A model generated the notes under the pieces. The model ran no database searches, was not told where the DNA came from, and was given only the letters and a program-made list of their open reading frames with translations. A DNA stretch of 64,000 nucleotides, taken from contig NC_134036.1 of assembly GCF_964204645.1 (NCBI RefSeq), positions 8,682,230 through 8,746,229 on the forward strand. Direction: 5' to 3'. Shown here piece by piece: positions 47,220 through 61,961 of this stretch (position 1 is its first letter; every line of letters begins with the position of its first letter). Source of the DNA: Tubulanus polymorphus. Taxonomy: Eukaryota > Animalia > Nemertea. The translations under genes and the position numbers were made by a program.

Positions 47220-48608
47220 AGGGTAACTGACACTTTTCTACTTTTTACACTAAACGATACATTATAGTATACAATAAGGCTAGGTGATTTCATAACTGGA
47301 AAAACCTTTTCAATCTAGTCAGAATTGATGATTTTGATGTTCGCGCACCTGTTCAGTGTATGCATTGCTTCTGCTGCTGAACGCGTGGTACTGTGTCTAT
47401 TAATAGAACTACGTCACTAAAGTGACGGCTCAGAAATGATGTCTATATGAATGAATAGGAAATAAGTTACATTCGACTTGAGACAGAATGTCTCTTGATT
47501 TTGAAAGTCTACATATCAATGATTATGATTAGCTGTTGAACGGGCCATATCCGTTCAAAGTAAGCGCAAAAATAAGGATATGAATAGCAATCCATGGCAT
47601 TTTCTAGTAGACAGCAAGGAACACGGATGTTTAAATCATCGTTTTGTATTATCATTTAGTGATAGTAAGTAAGATCATGGTTAGATCTAAGAATATTTTA
47701 ACTTATGAACTGATGAAACTTAGACAGAATTAGCCGCAAGAACAATTTCAATTCTTTTCTTCAAATATACCTCGTATTGGTAGCGGCTTTGGTCACAAAT
47801 TAGAATATATCCTCATCCATACTATTTCAAAACTTAGAAATAATGTTTGTGAAAGATTTGCGATGTAATCTATCAAAACTCTTCTGCAGCGTGAAACTTT
47901 AAAAAAACATTATTCCTTTGAATATTTGCTGTAAAGTCTGTAGAAATTCATTGAAAGTTTTTGTAGAGTTTTGAAGGTTTAGTTTTCAAACTACTTAGTC
48001 TTAAATGACTATGAAAAATAGTAAATAGTAAACGAATATGAATCTATTTATTCTTTAGCGAGATCGAAATCTGTGATCGCTTATAAGACACTGTATAGTA
48101 TGCTTGTGGTGCTAAACTATAGGTGAACTATGGAGCAGCAGTAACAGTGCTGAGAGCTTAGCATAGTGTATTTTAGCTTCATAGCTGCGGATTGAAATCT
48201 GCATCTTCAATTTGATCGATTTAGCCTATTCAAATTACTCATTGATTCTTTGAAATAGGTTTATCCAATAGACAATAGATCCTTTTGCCTCCCTGGCCAG
48301 TTTCAAAGCTGTAAAACAATCTGGCATTGAGATATAACACGCAAACACACGCAGTTTCCTCAAAATTCAACTCATTTCTATAGACGCTATTTCTCAGCTG
48401 TCCCGTTAATGACGTTGCAGCGCGCCCCTGCTGATTTAGCCGACGCTGAACAGTTAGTGATGTAAACAACGAAATGAGCTCAAAAATCTTGTTACAAAAT
48501 CACAAATTGCGCGTAAACTAAACATTTTGGAACAGAACGGTTGAAGATGAGTGTATAGATCAATAGAATACATCATATTTTGAAATAAAAAAAAGTGTCA
48601 GTTACCCT
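47220..48608. mobile_element. Kolobok-like non-autonomous DNA transposon
   Basis: TTAA TSD (47216-47219, 48609-48612); TIR AGGGTAACTGACACTTTT / AAAAGTGTCAGTTACCCT; the RR terminus fits Kolobok rather than piggyBac (CCY). Confidence 0.8.
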
Positions 48609-49242
48609 TTAACATTTTCTAAAGTAAAACCTTTAGCGCGATTAATTGTCGTCCATCCCTCTTTTGACACAAAATTTAAACTCATGAATCGTTAGAAAGG
48701 TGACAATTTCTATTTTCTGATTTTTTTTATTTAATTTTTCTCGGCTGCAACAATCGAACACAGTTACAGTTAAGATATGTCACTTTTAGGGAGGCACCTA
48801 AAAAAATTGGTAGTTTTGTGTCGTTGGCTGAATGAAAATAGAAATGGTCACCATGCATTCTGACGATTCATAAATTGAAATTTTGTGCGTAAAGCCCGCC
48901 GCACACGGCACCGAAAAAACGTTTTTTCCTCGTGAAAAAAATTTAAATCATATATTGATATAACGTATATACTCGAATTTATTTCAAATCTTAGAGATTT
49001 CTCCCATAAATTTGATAATTTACAAACGATTTTATTCATTTATAACAAAGATTGTTGTATATCATGGAGAAAATAAGCAGTTATCTTGATCACTGTGTTG
49101 CGGGGCGTGGGTGGCATCCTGTATACGCAACTAAATTGACCTTTTGAAATCTAGATCTTTAATTACGGCGCAATATGATAACAAGTTTATCTCATTTGAT
49201 AGCTTTTACTCCAATCAGGGACTAGCGAGTGCAAGGAGAACA

Positions 49243-49776
49243 TTATTTGTAGATCCATTGTGGAAGATTCCGGCGTCGATCTCCGTAATTATGTAACAAC
49301 TCATGATTCGGTGGAATGTCATATTTCGCGTAAACTTCCAATGTGTTATTGCCATCGTTTTTTATAATACAGTTAGCGTTTAACTTAGAATGGTTCAAAT
49401 ATGCACCTGGATTATCCTCTATGGCCAAAAGTGTTCCATTTTTATCTCGACTACCATCGAGCCAGAGATTATTGCCCATATCATACATCGTTACGATCTC
49501 TCCGTTGCGTTGGTAGACTTTTTCGCGTATTATCATACCCTTGTATTCGCAAATGAATTCACCGGCTTTGATAAATCGCGAAGAAATCGCCCCGTGCCCC
49601 TTTTCCTTGCATATAAATTTGTATTCCAACTTAACATCCTGTCTTTTTTCACCAACGTCGTCATTTTTTATATCTGCGGACCTATGTCTTGTCACCTTCG
49701 TAGTTTGAACCATATAACTGCGTTGTTTGTGCGAACAATATTTCCAGCCACGGATACCTGCCTCAGTTGACAATTG
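49243..49776 (-). CDS. SET-domain lysine methyltransferase (PR-Set7/SETD8-like), terminal exon
   Basis: KGHG...GEFICEYKG...YLNHS...NC...ELLHNYG motifs; polypyrimidine-CAG acceptor at 49777-49779. Confidence 0.85.
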   Translation of the reverse strand, partial: QLSTEAGIRGWKYCSHKQRSYMVQTTKVTRHRSADIKNDDVGEKRQDVKLEYKFICKEKGHGAISSRFIKAGEFICEYKGMIIREKVYQRNGEIVTMYDMGNNLWLDGSRDKNGTLLAIEDNPGAYLNHSKLNANCIIKNDGNNTLEVYAKYDIPPNHELLHNYGDRRRNLPQWIYK

Positions 49777-51662
49777 CTGAAGTAAAAGATGAAAGTGATA
49801 GCTATTTTATAATCTATGAAAAATTATAATCTAGATAATGATTTTGATAACTTCGATTCAATTATAACATACCCTACTGAATCTTTGAAATCCTTTCCCG
49901 ATATCAATCAACTTTGGTTCACATGTTTTGATCTTAAGCCATGCTACGAACTCCATATGAAGTTCACGAGTACTCGTGATATTTTCATCGCTTTTTATTT
50001 GTCCATCACAAAATTCCTTCAAGAAGGGAATACTTGCTTTAACGTCGTTCGGAAAAGTTGAGCCTCCGTGGTGATGTCTTGCTCGTTGCATTTTCTCCTC
50101 ACTAAAATGCCGACAATGACGTACGGTAACCTGTCTGCGCGTGGGCGTGTTTTGTGTGTATAATAGCTAGTGCGGTACACTATTCGACGGGGTTGATTGA
50201 TTCGTACACATTGGAATGATTTGTCCAATTCAAGCGTACACGTTGATTCACATTGATTGCGCAAATACTTTTGATAGAATGTATGTATATATAGTAATAA
50301 TCCCCTGGTAAATATCCCCCCCCCCCCCGGTAAAAATCCCTCTCCACGGGTAAAAACCCATTTCAGTTTTCTATCATATTTAAGTATAAGTCCTAAATGA
50401 AAATAGATTATACTTTTTAACAATAATATTCAGGAATATATATGTAAACCGCCTATCCCAAAGAGGAATATCGGTAGCCAATCTTTTAGCTTTATCTCAC
50501 CAACACTATAATCTGACCAATATATATTCGGGTGAGCGAGTCGATTCAAATAAGAAAAAATAAAAAAAGGAAGACTTAAAACATATTTTTGATGAAATTT
50601 AAAACTGGAAATGATTTAGCTAAAGGGAATATTGTATTTCAAACTGTTATGTTGAACATTTTTTCGTGAAGCGCTCTGAGACATTATGAGATTTAGCGCT
50701 AAACAATAATAAATTTTGATAATGTGATTTTTATGCACATACGTAGCTTAGTAAAAGTCACAGATTATCCAAGGTGAATATTGTGAAAAACACCACGGCA
50801 AATTTAAATTTTTTTATCAAACTATCTAAGTTTTTCAACATAAGAATATCGAAGTATCTTATTGTATTTTGCTGTGAAATCCAATTATTAGGGGATTTTT
50901 ACCGGGGGTTATTTATCGGGGGGGGGGGGTTGACCTGCTACCGTTTTGATAAGCACGATCCACACAAAAATATATACTATATGTCGGTACTGATTAAGAC
51001 GCAGGGGTGGATCCAGAGGGGGTTCGCGGATCCGAACTTTAGACCAAGTGCCCTTTCGAAAATCACATGTGGATAATTCCACACGACATTGATCTATGAC
51101 GAAAGTCCACACCGGCCATAGGCCTATATTTGATACATTTTTAAAATATCTTTTCTACTGGACTGTGAAAAAAGAAGGGATCAAGCATTGGTTCTTTTCG
51201 TTGTTATTCAGTTAGGTTAAAATGTACATAGTTCGCTAGTTTGAACCGAGAGGTGGTGTAAAATATATATGATCGAATATCAATTTCGGGGATTTCGATT
51301 AAAACTAGAACACCAAGTAACTGATGCATAATGGCATAATATTTTTCTGTGAAACAACTAACAAGAAATCTGGATAGATTTACAGAATGTCATGAAATGC
51401 CCAATCAAGAAACAATATAGGATCTCGGCGCATTCGCTTGTCGCCTGGTTTTTTTTCATGGGTGTCATACAGCTTCTTGGAACTAATTTTCTTGTTTAGA
51501 ATATCTGTAATAGGCTGCTCCTCTACAAACCAAAATAAAACCTCTATAAATCAAAACTCGTAAACAAACAGCTCACGGGACTAGATTAAACATCTCATTT
51601 CACGATAAAAACTTTTACTAATGGTAATGTCACCTCTTATCGTCTAGTTCTTTTCCTTGTAG

Positions 51663-54600
51663 ATCATTCTAAGATCGAATGAAGTCAAATGTTTAGCGCT
51701 GAAAGACTTCAGGTTCCGAACTTCTAGTGGTACTTTCACGCCACAAGCATCGGAGTCGCGGACGATCTTCAGTCGAGAATTTAAACAAAACTTCTCGGTC
51801 CAATCAAGATATGTTGTTGATGAGACGGATAATGGTAAGTATAGCGTCTTAAATCTAAATTTGTTTTCATTTCTTTCTATCCACTAAGCAGGCGCAGATC
51901 CAGGATTTTTCCCAGGAGGGGAAAAATGTTAATGTTAAACTGCCGACTAAAATCTCTAATCATAGGGGCCTATTCGGCATATTGTTTGGCCAAACATAAG
52001 ATGATATGGTACCATCGGAGCCATCGGATATTTTAAGCTGGTTATAGGTTTTTATGATAGGTGGGTCGTTTAGGTCGCCCTTAGTCATCATTGGCGAATG
52101 CGCGACTCATTTGAGCTACTAAACTACTATTAGCAGCGACCGTCAGCGAGACCCCGATATGTTGTCAGTTGCATCTATGGGTAATCAGACTGAATTACTC
52201 CAAGGTTGCATTGGCCCGAGCATGTTTACAACACTAGCCGCGATCACACAAGTGTTTTTGGCCCGGGCCACCCGAGCCAAATTCTAGCACGAGACAAATG
52301 ATTGCGTTTGAATTGCAACTGGTACCGGAAAAAACCCCACTTCGCTTTGTTCGAGCATTGTTTTAGTATCGATTGAATGGTTTGCGTGTGAACGCACTCT
52401 CTAATTAGGCACGGGCCAAATCGTCTCCGTGTGATCGCGGCTAATGTCAGCGACGAAAAATACCAGTGGCGAGTTGCGCACTAATGAGCATGGCGTCTGA
52501 ACGACATCACTCGTTGCTGAATGCACGGGGTTTTTGTCGACCGAGCGCTTCTGCGTCGCGATCGCTCCAAGGCTGACCTACCCCGGGTATATGACCTATA
52601 TGACCTCTAAATAGAATAGGTTTAAATGCAACATTGCAACAAGCGTTTCAATGCTTGAAACAATAGATTTTCAATATCAAAATCGCTTATAAATAATTAG
52701 TGTGGATGTCAAATATAAACTGAATATTTTTGACGCTTATGCTTCGTTGTATGAATACGCAGAATTCCTTTTTCTAGGCATCGCTCCCTCACTAACTGAA
52801 GAACAGCCCGAGTCATCTGTTTATGGTAAATTATATTCCATTAATATCGACCCAAGCAGAAGCACAGTTTTATCTGCACTTAACACGAAAATGTCTTAAT
52901 GTTTTAGATTTTGGACACGATATTCCAGAACATTTTACAAGTAAGTAGAGTATGATGGATACTTTAGAAGCTTCATTAATGCAATCCCTTTAGCATTCAA
53001 ACATACCATATTCAACAATTAAGATTAATCAATCCATAACGATTAAATTTTAAAATATTTCCTTTATAATTCCTCAATTTTTAATTTCCGTTATAGGTCA
53101 ATCAGTTGAATCAGCGAATGAAACGAGTGAAAGTGAGTACCGGTAATTGTAAAATGAAAGCAGAATAATGACGCCTAATATGTTTTATATGTAATGGGTT
53201 TATCAAATTACTTGAATTATCATATGAATAACATGTTTCCTGCCCACAGGTCAAGAAATCGAACCTCAGACATCGCGTGAGTTACTAGCAAGTACGTTAT
53301 ATTTAAAATTATTTTTGAATTGAAAAATAATCCATATGCCATCTAAAAGATTACCTGAAACCACCTTCAAAATAAATAGATAGTATATGTAGGAATATCA
53401 AATGAGCATGATTTATCTAATATCACCTGAAACATTGTAGGAACGCGTTTGCTGAAAGATGATACTATGAAATTCTTCATAGGTGAGCTTAAAAGTTATC
53501 CTGAAAAACGAGATCTCTAGATTCCCCTTTGTACGATGGTTGGGTAATTGAAATCCCTCCCGGTTGTGCAAACTGCTCTTGAGACAATAAACGTCAATTT
53601 CTATGTGTCTTAATTCGAGCTAATTTTAATGATCATTTACGAAAAATAACATCTTGTGATATTTCGAAAGACGAATTACTCGCGCCGATAAACCTCATTA
53701 AGAAATTTTATCTGACCAACTGTAGGAACTCAGCCAGTACCTGCGTCAAAAATTCGACAGACAGAATGGTGCCGTTCAGTGCGGGAATTGAACGGCGATC
53801 ATGTTTCTTATCTCGAAAAACAGTTTCTCGAGAATCCCGCATTCTATACAATAATGTTGGTGCGGCAGGATGGAGCGGGAGAATTCGAGGTTATCGGAGG
53901 AAATCACACTCTGGCGGCGCTAAACAGAGTTCTATTAAAAGAAGGTAAGATGATTTCTGATCCCTGTCGTGATGACGTAAAAATTGAATTATTGCAACCA
54001 AGTCCCATTTATTCTTTTCAGATCTAGGAGATAAACGAAAGGTTTATGAGACGCCGATATGCAGCGTATACTCCGCCCAGATGCCGGATGATTTAGCGAG
54101 ATTTCTGGCTGCCGACCATAATCTGGCACACTCCCGGATACTTGACACTAAGTATACCGACTTGGTTCGGTCAGCCAGAATCGTTCTCCTTCAACTCGAA
54201 GGAAAATCTGACTTCGGGGAAGAAATCGCGGCTCAAAAAAGGATAATTCAGAGATGGAAAGCTTCTCTAGAAGTTATGTTTGGTCTCAATGTAAGTTTTC
54301 AAATACTTGTATTAGAATAAAACACTCTAATCCGTCTAAACTATAGAGATAAGTGGAGAAGTTCCCCAATAGAGTAGTATGATAGGTTTAGTATATTGCA
54401 TTAATGTGACTTGTATAGTTTGGACGATTTAAAATGGTTCTTATAAACAGGTATCAGTTAAAATGATCCTTCCAATCTAAATGTGCTTTATCTATCAGAG
54501 CCGAGAAATGTGGGGTCTTAAGTTTAGTAAAGTATATATAGGTGTCACTAAACCTAAGAACCCCTAAACCCAACACCTAAGAGTAAGGGGGTCTTATTAC

Positions 54601-57600
54601 AACGAATCCACAACGTTTCGGCTTTTGACTAACAGCCATAATCAGATGGAATGAGATTATCATCCACCTGACTATGGCTGTTAGTCAAAAGCCGAAACGG
54701 TGTGATCTCGTTGTAATAATTGCCATCGTGAATCTAGAATTCTATTATGTGTGACTTCTTTGATAATTTCAAATACTTGAGAATAATGGTACGTAAGTGA
54801 AACTAAAAGAGTCAAGTCGTTGTGATTTGTGGTTTGAACCGTCGATATAGCACTCGGCAGTGTTGCTTTTGGCAGATCGTCTCCCGCTAATGGAACTGTA
54901 TTTTTTGGAATGAAACGAAACACTACAGAGTTTTTGCACAACGTTATTTAGACCGGTCTAAATTTGATCCGGTCCAATTTAGACCCGACCAAGCGTTCAC
55001 ACCGGCAAAAATTCCGTTCCAAATTGGCCCGGTCCATTTTAGACCGATCTAATTTTGACCACAAAGAGTGAACCAGGTCCGGTCCAAATTTTGGTACGGA
55101 TTAAATCTCTAGCCGCGTTCACACGACAACTAGTTAGACCGGTCTAAATGAGTCAGTACCTGGGGCCAGTTGCATAGTCGTGGCTTAGACTTAAGACCAG
55201 TCTAAGACCAACTTAGTTCTATAGCCAATCTAACAAATTAAGATCAGTCTTAAGATTTAAGACCACTTTTAGACTTAAGTCACGACTGTGCAACTGGGCC
55301 CTGGTCCGGTCCAAATTTAGACCGGACCAAATTTTGGTTAGCGTTCACACGGCGTTTTGACACGCGTTGATAAAATCGCTTGTCTCTGGGCCCACAAGAT
55401 GTTGCCATCTGCTAGATAATTAACTGGGCCTGGATGAAGTCTTACTTCCAGATTCCAAGTAGAGCAAGACATTCTTCATTTGACGAATTCGATTCTCTCT
55501 CAGTTTTAGACATTTTTGATTCAGACGCACTCATTTGTCCTGGACACAAATTTGGTCCGCCCAAGTCCGATGTTTTTGGTCGGGCCAAGTTTGACCCTCA
55601 AGCAGACACACGCCAAAAAGGGTACCCGTCTAAACAGTTTTCCCGGGCCAATTTGGCCGGTGTAAAAATGCCAAAAATGCTCGTGTGATCGCGGCCATAA
55701 ACTGGTATCACACTCAAACCAATATTTTCTTTTAGCGCAAGCAACTCAACGATCGGTACCGTATCGTCATTAAAGCAGCACAAATGCCCACGTGTGCATG
55801 GCTGCTATTGGAAAAAATGATCGAAGGATGGTCGAAGGGGCATATCAAAGGCCAAAAATATGAAACAATCGACAGGAATGGCGAAAAAAGGAAAACATTG
55901 GTACCTTTTGGGTCAAGGAAGGTCAAATCTTTGGTATCATTACCTGTACCGGATATGATGGCTATCATGAAGGATATTACCAACGGAAAAATCGACCAAA
56001 AAGACATTATTCCATTATGCAGTAGTAGAGCCAGGTTAGTTTGCTATTTATCTGTTATATATATAATGTCTATAAATCATATTTTAATTTATTTATTCAT
56101 TCCATTTACCGGGTTACTAAGACTACAGCTGCTAAGACTAGGGAAGTAAGTATAACAATTTAGTAGCTTCTCATTTAAAAATTAACCAAACATGTCTGAT
56201 ATGGATTCTCATACTGATATATTTCATTTGTTTACAGCCTGCCGTAGAACGAGAGAAGAATGAACAAGCTGAAAATGAGGTACAGACACTTACAGCTCAT
56301 ATAGCTCTTTTTTCGTATATGTCACATTTCTTACAAATGATGAATATGTTTCATGAGTTATTATCAAGAGGGAGATTTTGTTTCAGCAAAACAGAGCAAA
56401 TTTAGATCGACGAGTCACCGGAGAGGTAATTTATGATTGTAAAAATATTATCACTTCATAAGAACTTAAAGCATGGACGATTAGTACAGAAGGAGTGGAT
56501 TCAGTTGGGTTCTAGGAGCCCTCCCCCTCCCCGATTTTTGCCCAAAAGAAGATTATTGTATATTAGTGGTTTGTCTTAGGGCCTTAGGTTTATCTGAGGC
56601 ATACTTAACTTAAGTTATGTTTGAGGATGATAAACCTTTGACTGTGAACAGTACGTAATCTCTCAGTTAACTCATTTTGATTGATAGTCATCAGTGTTCA
56701 ATCAACATTCTTTTATTGGAAGTCATGATCAAAGGAATTTTCTCATTTCTATTCGGTTTCAGTTGGAAGTTGACCAGTCATCATTTGCAGAAGATATGGA
56801 TATGGAAGACGACCCTAGTGTCTTCATAGTAAGTATATGACTATTGCACGGGCACGTTGAGCATTTTTGAGGTTTATTTCTTTGTCAGTCATCGGCTGCC
56901 TAGGCGCATTTTCATTAAGATTTTCTGAGAAAAAATTTAATGCATTATTTCTCAGCACGTATAAGATGGGCTGGCTGGCTGGTGAATCAAGGCACACGCG
57001 TCCTCTATGAATTGAGATGCCTTTTTGCTCTGGTTGCGTGGGTGATAAAAACTTAATTTATAAGAGTAAAATCAGAATTCATTAATATACTTTTTTCTTT
57101 TCAGGAAAAAGAACACGCATCAATCAGCCAAGAGGTATGGAATATGTCATTTACGTAGATATTGTTGTAACAATTTTTCATTGCTTGTCCAAAAGCTTAC
57201 ACCCATTCTATGCGACCAACTAAGTTTTTTTTCAAAATCAACTTATCGATTGTTACAATTACTTATATTGTAGGTCAATGAATTGTTGACCTCTATATGT
57301 TATCTACTTCTACTAGCTTCAGAGTACCTTTATTGATGGCAATAAACGAAGACGTCCGCGCCACGATTTAGAGGTTAGTTATCATTCAAAAAAGTTTAAA
57401 ATGGGAAGCGTCCTAGGAACATTGAAAACATTTTTTAAAAAATCCTATTTTCGAAAAATATCCAACGTCTGAATTAAACAAAAATAGAATTTTTGAATAA
57501 AATACCCAGGGCCTGGTGTTATAGACTGGTATTAACTTTTAACCGAGAGGTTAACTCAATTGAAAATGAGTTGAGTTAGCTCTGGGTAAAAGATAAATAC

Positions 57601-60122
57601 AATTCTATAAAGCCGGCCCCAGGATTTTTTAATCAAACAATGATATTTTCCAGGACGCTACCGTAAGGGTCAAACGTATTTACATTATATTGTATAATCA
57701 CTTGTGTTTTTTGCACTTGTAACTCATTAATGTTGAGAACCAATGATTACACGGATACGTGTTAGAACAGTTCTTTTTATATATCCAATCAACCATTAGT
57801 CATGTTATATGTAACTCAAGTGCATATTTCTTTAGATATCCCATGTTCTACCTACGAAGAGTTTACGCTTACAGGCAAGTAAATCTTAGTATTTTTGTTT
57901 ATAAAAGAAAAAACTGTATTTGCCGTCGCTTTCCCTCTCAGTGAATTATACAGTTCATAACGACCCTACCACTACTTGAGAACGAAATCGGTTTCAGCTA
58001 TGTCTCGCTTTCTACGTTCAATGGTAACTGCTGTGTATTTTATAGGTGAATCAAATCAATGCGACAAGCCAGACCGAACCTAGTAATGAGGTATATATCG
58101 ATAATGTAATCCTCAAGTTGTTTCAAAGGACATCGGGTGCCACAACAACAGTCAGTTTTGGTAGTATGTACTTGACATGTGTCAAAATGATCAGCATGCT
58201 AAACCAGAGACATAAAATATCGATTCTCAATCCATCCTGTACTGCATGGCCCGATTTTATAGACTGGTATTAACTTTAACCCGGGGGTTAACTCAATTGA
58301 AATTGAATTGAGTTAGCCCCCGAGTGAAAGTTAATACCTGTCTATGAAACTGGCCCCAGGAGTTGAAGAATGGCATAAAATTCTTTTCACAAGGTGAATC
58401 AGAGAAAAAGTCACTCCAGCCGTAAATCAAGTTTAACCCATATATACCTATAGGGACATTGTTAAACATTAGAAAACAATTAGGTTTTTCTTCATTTAAC
58501 AAAATTGGAACTGCGCATCTGTGCTGGTCATTTTAACACCTTTATCAGGTGAACTAATCGAGTTATGGCACCCCGGCTTCCTTTCAAACGTCAAGTCGAA
58601 ATTTATACTAATGGCAACTTGCATCGAATTTTACAGGTTGTTACACAACAGCTCGTTACAGAGCTGAGGGAAAAGCTTGCCACCACTGAGAGAAGGCTTA
58701 AAGATATTGAGGTAAGGTTTGCGTACTTGATAACAATGAAAATCATCTAAAACATGTATATACAGTAAAACCTGCGATCATACGGAGACGATTTGGCCGT
58801 GCTAAAATTTGACTCGGGCCTGCTCCGACGTTTTTGGTCGGGTTAAATTTGTCCCGGGTCTAACTAGCGCGCGCCTATTTGTCACCCCTGCGAACGGTAA
58901 TTGTAGGCCTAATTTGGCACCCGTGTGATATAATTGTACTTAATATAACTTTTTTTTAAATTTTGTTTTAAGATTGAAAAACAGTTCTCCACTAACATGA
59001 TACAAGGCTTAGAAGAAGAATTGTTGGAAGTAAAGGTCAGTGTCACCAAATCTTACTACAAATTTGCCAAACTACCGGGTACAAAAAGTATCCCATTTCA
59101 TGGTCCTGTACTAACCATGTCCTGATCTGGAATCTATGTATATTTTGATAGAACTGTAAGGACTACCGCACTCCTTTTTCTGAAAATCATATCTTCATGG
59201 TTTTGTCGGCTCATCACCAAAGTGTGCGCTTTCAATATTGGCCGACGACTTTTTTGTACGATATCTTAAACATCGCGCGGCTGTGCGCCGCAGTAATCAG
59301 CAGTGGTTCGTGGACTAACGTCGACATAGGCCTAACTAACGGCTTCATTGTTTTTTTTTTTTTATTTATAGAAGTCTAATAAGGAAAAAAACGAAAAGAT
59401 TCATCTCTATGAACAGGTATGCCAATTCGATTTTTTTTTTGTCTTGGAAAAAAGTATTTAGTATGCTCTAACATGGGATGCTTCAACGGTAAAAAGCGAT
59501 AATTATAACAGCTGTGCCCTTCAGTTACACTTCTATGGTTCCTGGGACCTTGGAGTAATCAGACTGGTGAAATCAGAGAGTACGTTCACACACGTGATAG
59601 TGAATTGACTACAGACCACTGGCCCCCGTAATCTATTAATGACTGCAGTTCATCATTGTCACCCGCACCTACACTCTAAACATCAAGTAGCTGTAATGAG
59701 TGTGATGGATTACAGAAATATTTATGATTCAAAAGTGTAAATTTGAAGGATTTTTAAATCTTATTACTTCAAGGTTTATCTAATCAAAAGTACGCTTAGT
59801 TAAAAACGGTGCTGATGAAGACACGATAGGGGCGATATGCTAAATTCACGTCAGTGTGAACTCCTAGCTACACACTGATATTCATTTCATCTACCCAAAG
59901 TTAACCCTGTAGTAATTATCTTATCCAAAGTACGCTTAGTAAGTTAAACTCAGATGAACCAGCCCCAGATTTTATGTATTGAATTTGAAAATGCAGTGGA
60001 AAATAATTTACCGTGATGGCTTTCTGTATTTAATGTTCTAATATTCATACAGTGTGCTTACATGTATTTCTAGGAATTGAAAAGGATTCGGCATCAAAAT
60101 CCACAAGATGTAAATTGTAAAG
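51663..60122 (+). CDS. Multi-exon gene with a ParB/Sulfiredoxin-like N-terminal domain and a micro-exon-encoded low-complexity/coiled-coil tail (gene model incomplete)
   Basis: Phase-compatible exons 53441-53482, 53726-53944, 54022-54290 and 55736-56034 give VRELNGDHVSYLEKQF...EFEVIGGNHTLAAL...CSVYSAQMPDDLARFLAADHN. Many further short AG/GT-bounded exons (e.g. 51663-51834, 56763-56828, 58046-58090, 58637-58711). Confidence 0.65.
52235..52443. mobile_element. MITE (intronic)
   Basis: TIRs tagccgcgatcacac / gtgtgatcgcggcta; related ends near 55680-55695 and 58772. Confidence 0.7.
54594..54719. ncRNA. Inverted pair of degenerate Penelope-type minimal hammerhead motifs
   Basis: Each arm reads CTGAYTA-T-GGCT-loop-AGCC-GAAAC; the canonical core is CUGANGA...GAAA. 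Confidence 0.45.
55163..55300. mobile_element. PIF/Harbinger-type MITE nested in an older GACCGGTC-rich element
   Basis: TIR GGGCCAGTTGCA(T/C)AGTCGTG; 3-bp TSD CTG at 55160-55162 and 55301-55303. Confidence 0.8.
57510..57619. mobile_element. PIF/Harbinger-type palindromic MITE
   Basis: GGCC termini, CAG TSD; second copy at 58248-58356. Confidence 0.75.
58248..58356. mobile_element. PIF/Harbinger-type palindromic MITE (same family as 57510-57619)
   Basis: tatagactggtattaacttt...ggttaactcaattgaaa shared with the 57510 copy. Confidence 0.75.
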
Positions 60123-60731
60123 GTAGATCATTTTACTTTATTGAAGGCCCACTAAACTGTCACTTAACCGATTTGGATCCTTCTTTTCGTCAAACATACA
60201 TGTATTACTGTGTTATATTCATTTCTGTAATCAAAATGTGTTTAGATCATCCTCTTTTGAGAAATATAGCTTTAGAATTTATCCCTTCAAAATCTATAAA
60301 ATCCCTGCATAACATAAAGGGGGAACTAGCTTAGTTCAAATTCAGATTCAGATTACACATAAACAAAATATAGGCTAATTCAAAGTACAAATATTGACAA
60401 CTTAAATACCCGTAATTATCATCATTATTGTTACTGTTACTCATTTCAAGTGCTGAAGTCACTTTGAGCGGTCTTGGTCAAGTGCCAGTATCCACTGCAA
60501 TTAAGTGATCACTTGACACATGGCTAGTGGGGTAGAATATTATTGAGCAGCTGCCCTTGAAAATAGGTGGATCTTAAGAGTATTATGAGTTTTCTTATGT
60601 GTCAGGTTTAACCGTGTTGGGCCTACAGTACTGTTGTGATCGCCAACCATTCTCGCTGTGAATATTATAAATAGGCTAACAGTAGCTAGAGGGAAGGCCT
60701 AAGTGGCATATGTGGCTGTAGAAATGCGTTA

Positions 60732-60858
<127 letters not shown>

Positions 60859-61961
60859 TTATTGTGCAGTTTGGATGTATTATGATATAATTTCGTAACA
60901 TAATTTGATGATGCATTACTAAGTTGATTACTACTGATACATGGAATAGAGGGGCTGGGGGTAACAATACCAATTTGGGGCGAATTTGATCTAGATTCTG
61001 TTTAGGATACCTGCGCTTTATAAATGACATTATAATTATTGTTATTATTATTACTATTATCATTATTATAAGTTCATAGATATATACTGCAGTATTTGAC
61101 AGATAATATGCCTGTTATACTGCTCCTCAGCCCAAGTTACTAACACAAACAATAGACAGACGATCATCATGATGATCTATCTAAAAAAATTAGTTGTGAC
61201 TCCATTTTACGTGTTCAAGCTCAAATTCATGTGAAATATAAATTTTTCGTGAAAGATTAAACATACCCCAGCATAGCTCTTATTGGTAAAAATGAAATGA
61301 TCCTTTATAATTTACACAATTTACCGAAAAACTATGGGGCTAACATTAAAATGCATATGGTTTGAAATTGATATTTTCCAGCGAAAACGGCAGACATATC
61401 GCTGATTTCCCCAAATTTTAGTGATGAACTGCCATTAGTTGACATTCCCATGCAGACGAAGCAAACGGTAGGTTTTATAATACAGCCCCGCAAAAATCCC
61501 AAGTTCTGTTATTTTGTGTTAAAGAATATTTTTGGACTACATTTTTCCATCACTAAATAGAATGTTCCCACCATCATGCAGGGACTTAGTCTTCATTTAT
61601 GAAATTCACGCATCTTAATTGAAATACTGAATAACATAATAACTTGCTAGTTGCGACGTCCTCCTTGTCGACTGGACAAGATTTGGAATCTATTTGGCAG
61701 CAGTTGATTCCACAAAAAATCTCATTTCCTGCCAAAAGCATATATGCAAAAGACCGTCGCATAACTTCAGTGACGCCTTAGAAACAAGAATCCTCAACAA
61801 AGAGGACGTGCAAAGTATGAAGTCGGTCGACCTGAAGATGGTCATTTGCAAGGTGCCGAATGCCAGGCGAGAGGACGATGCAATAGTTGGTGTAGATTAC
61901 ATTTGGGTACACGCCATGGTTAAGAAATACACCTCCCAACATTCTTAATACTTATTTTTCT

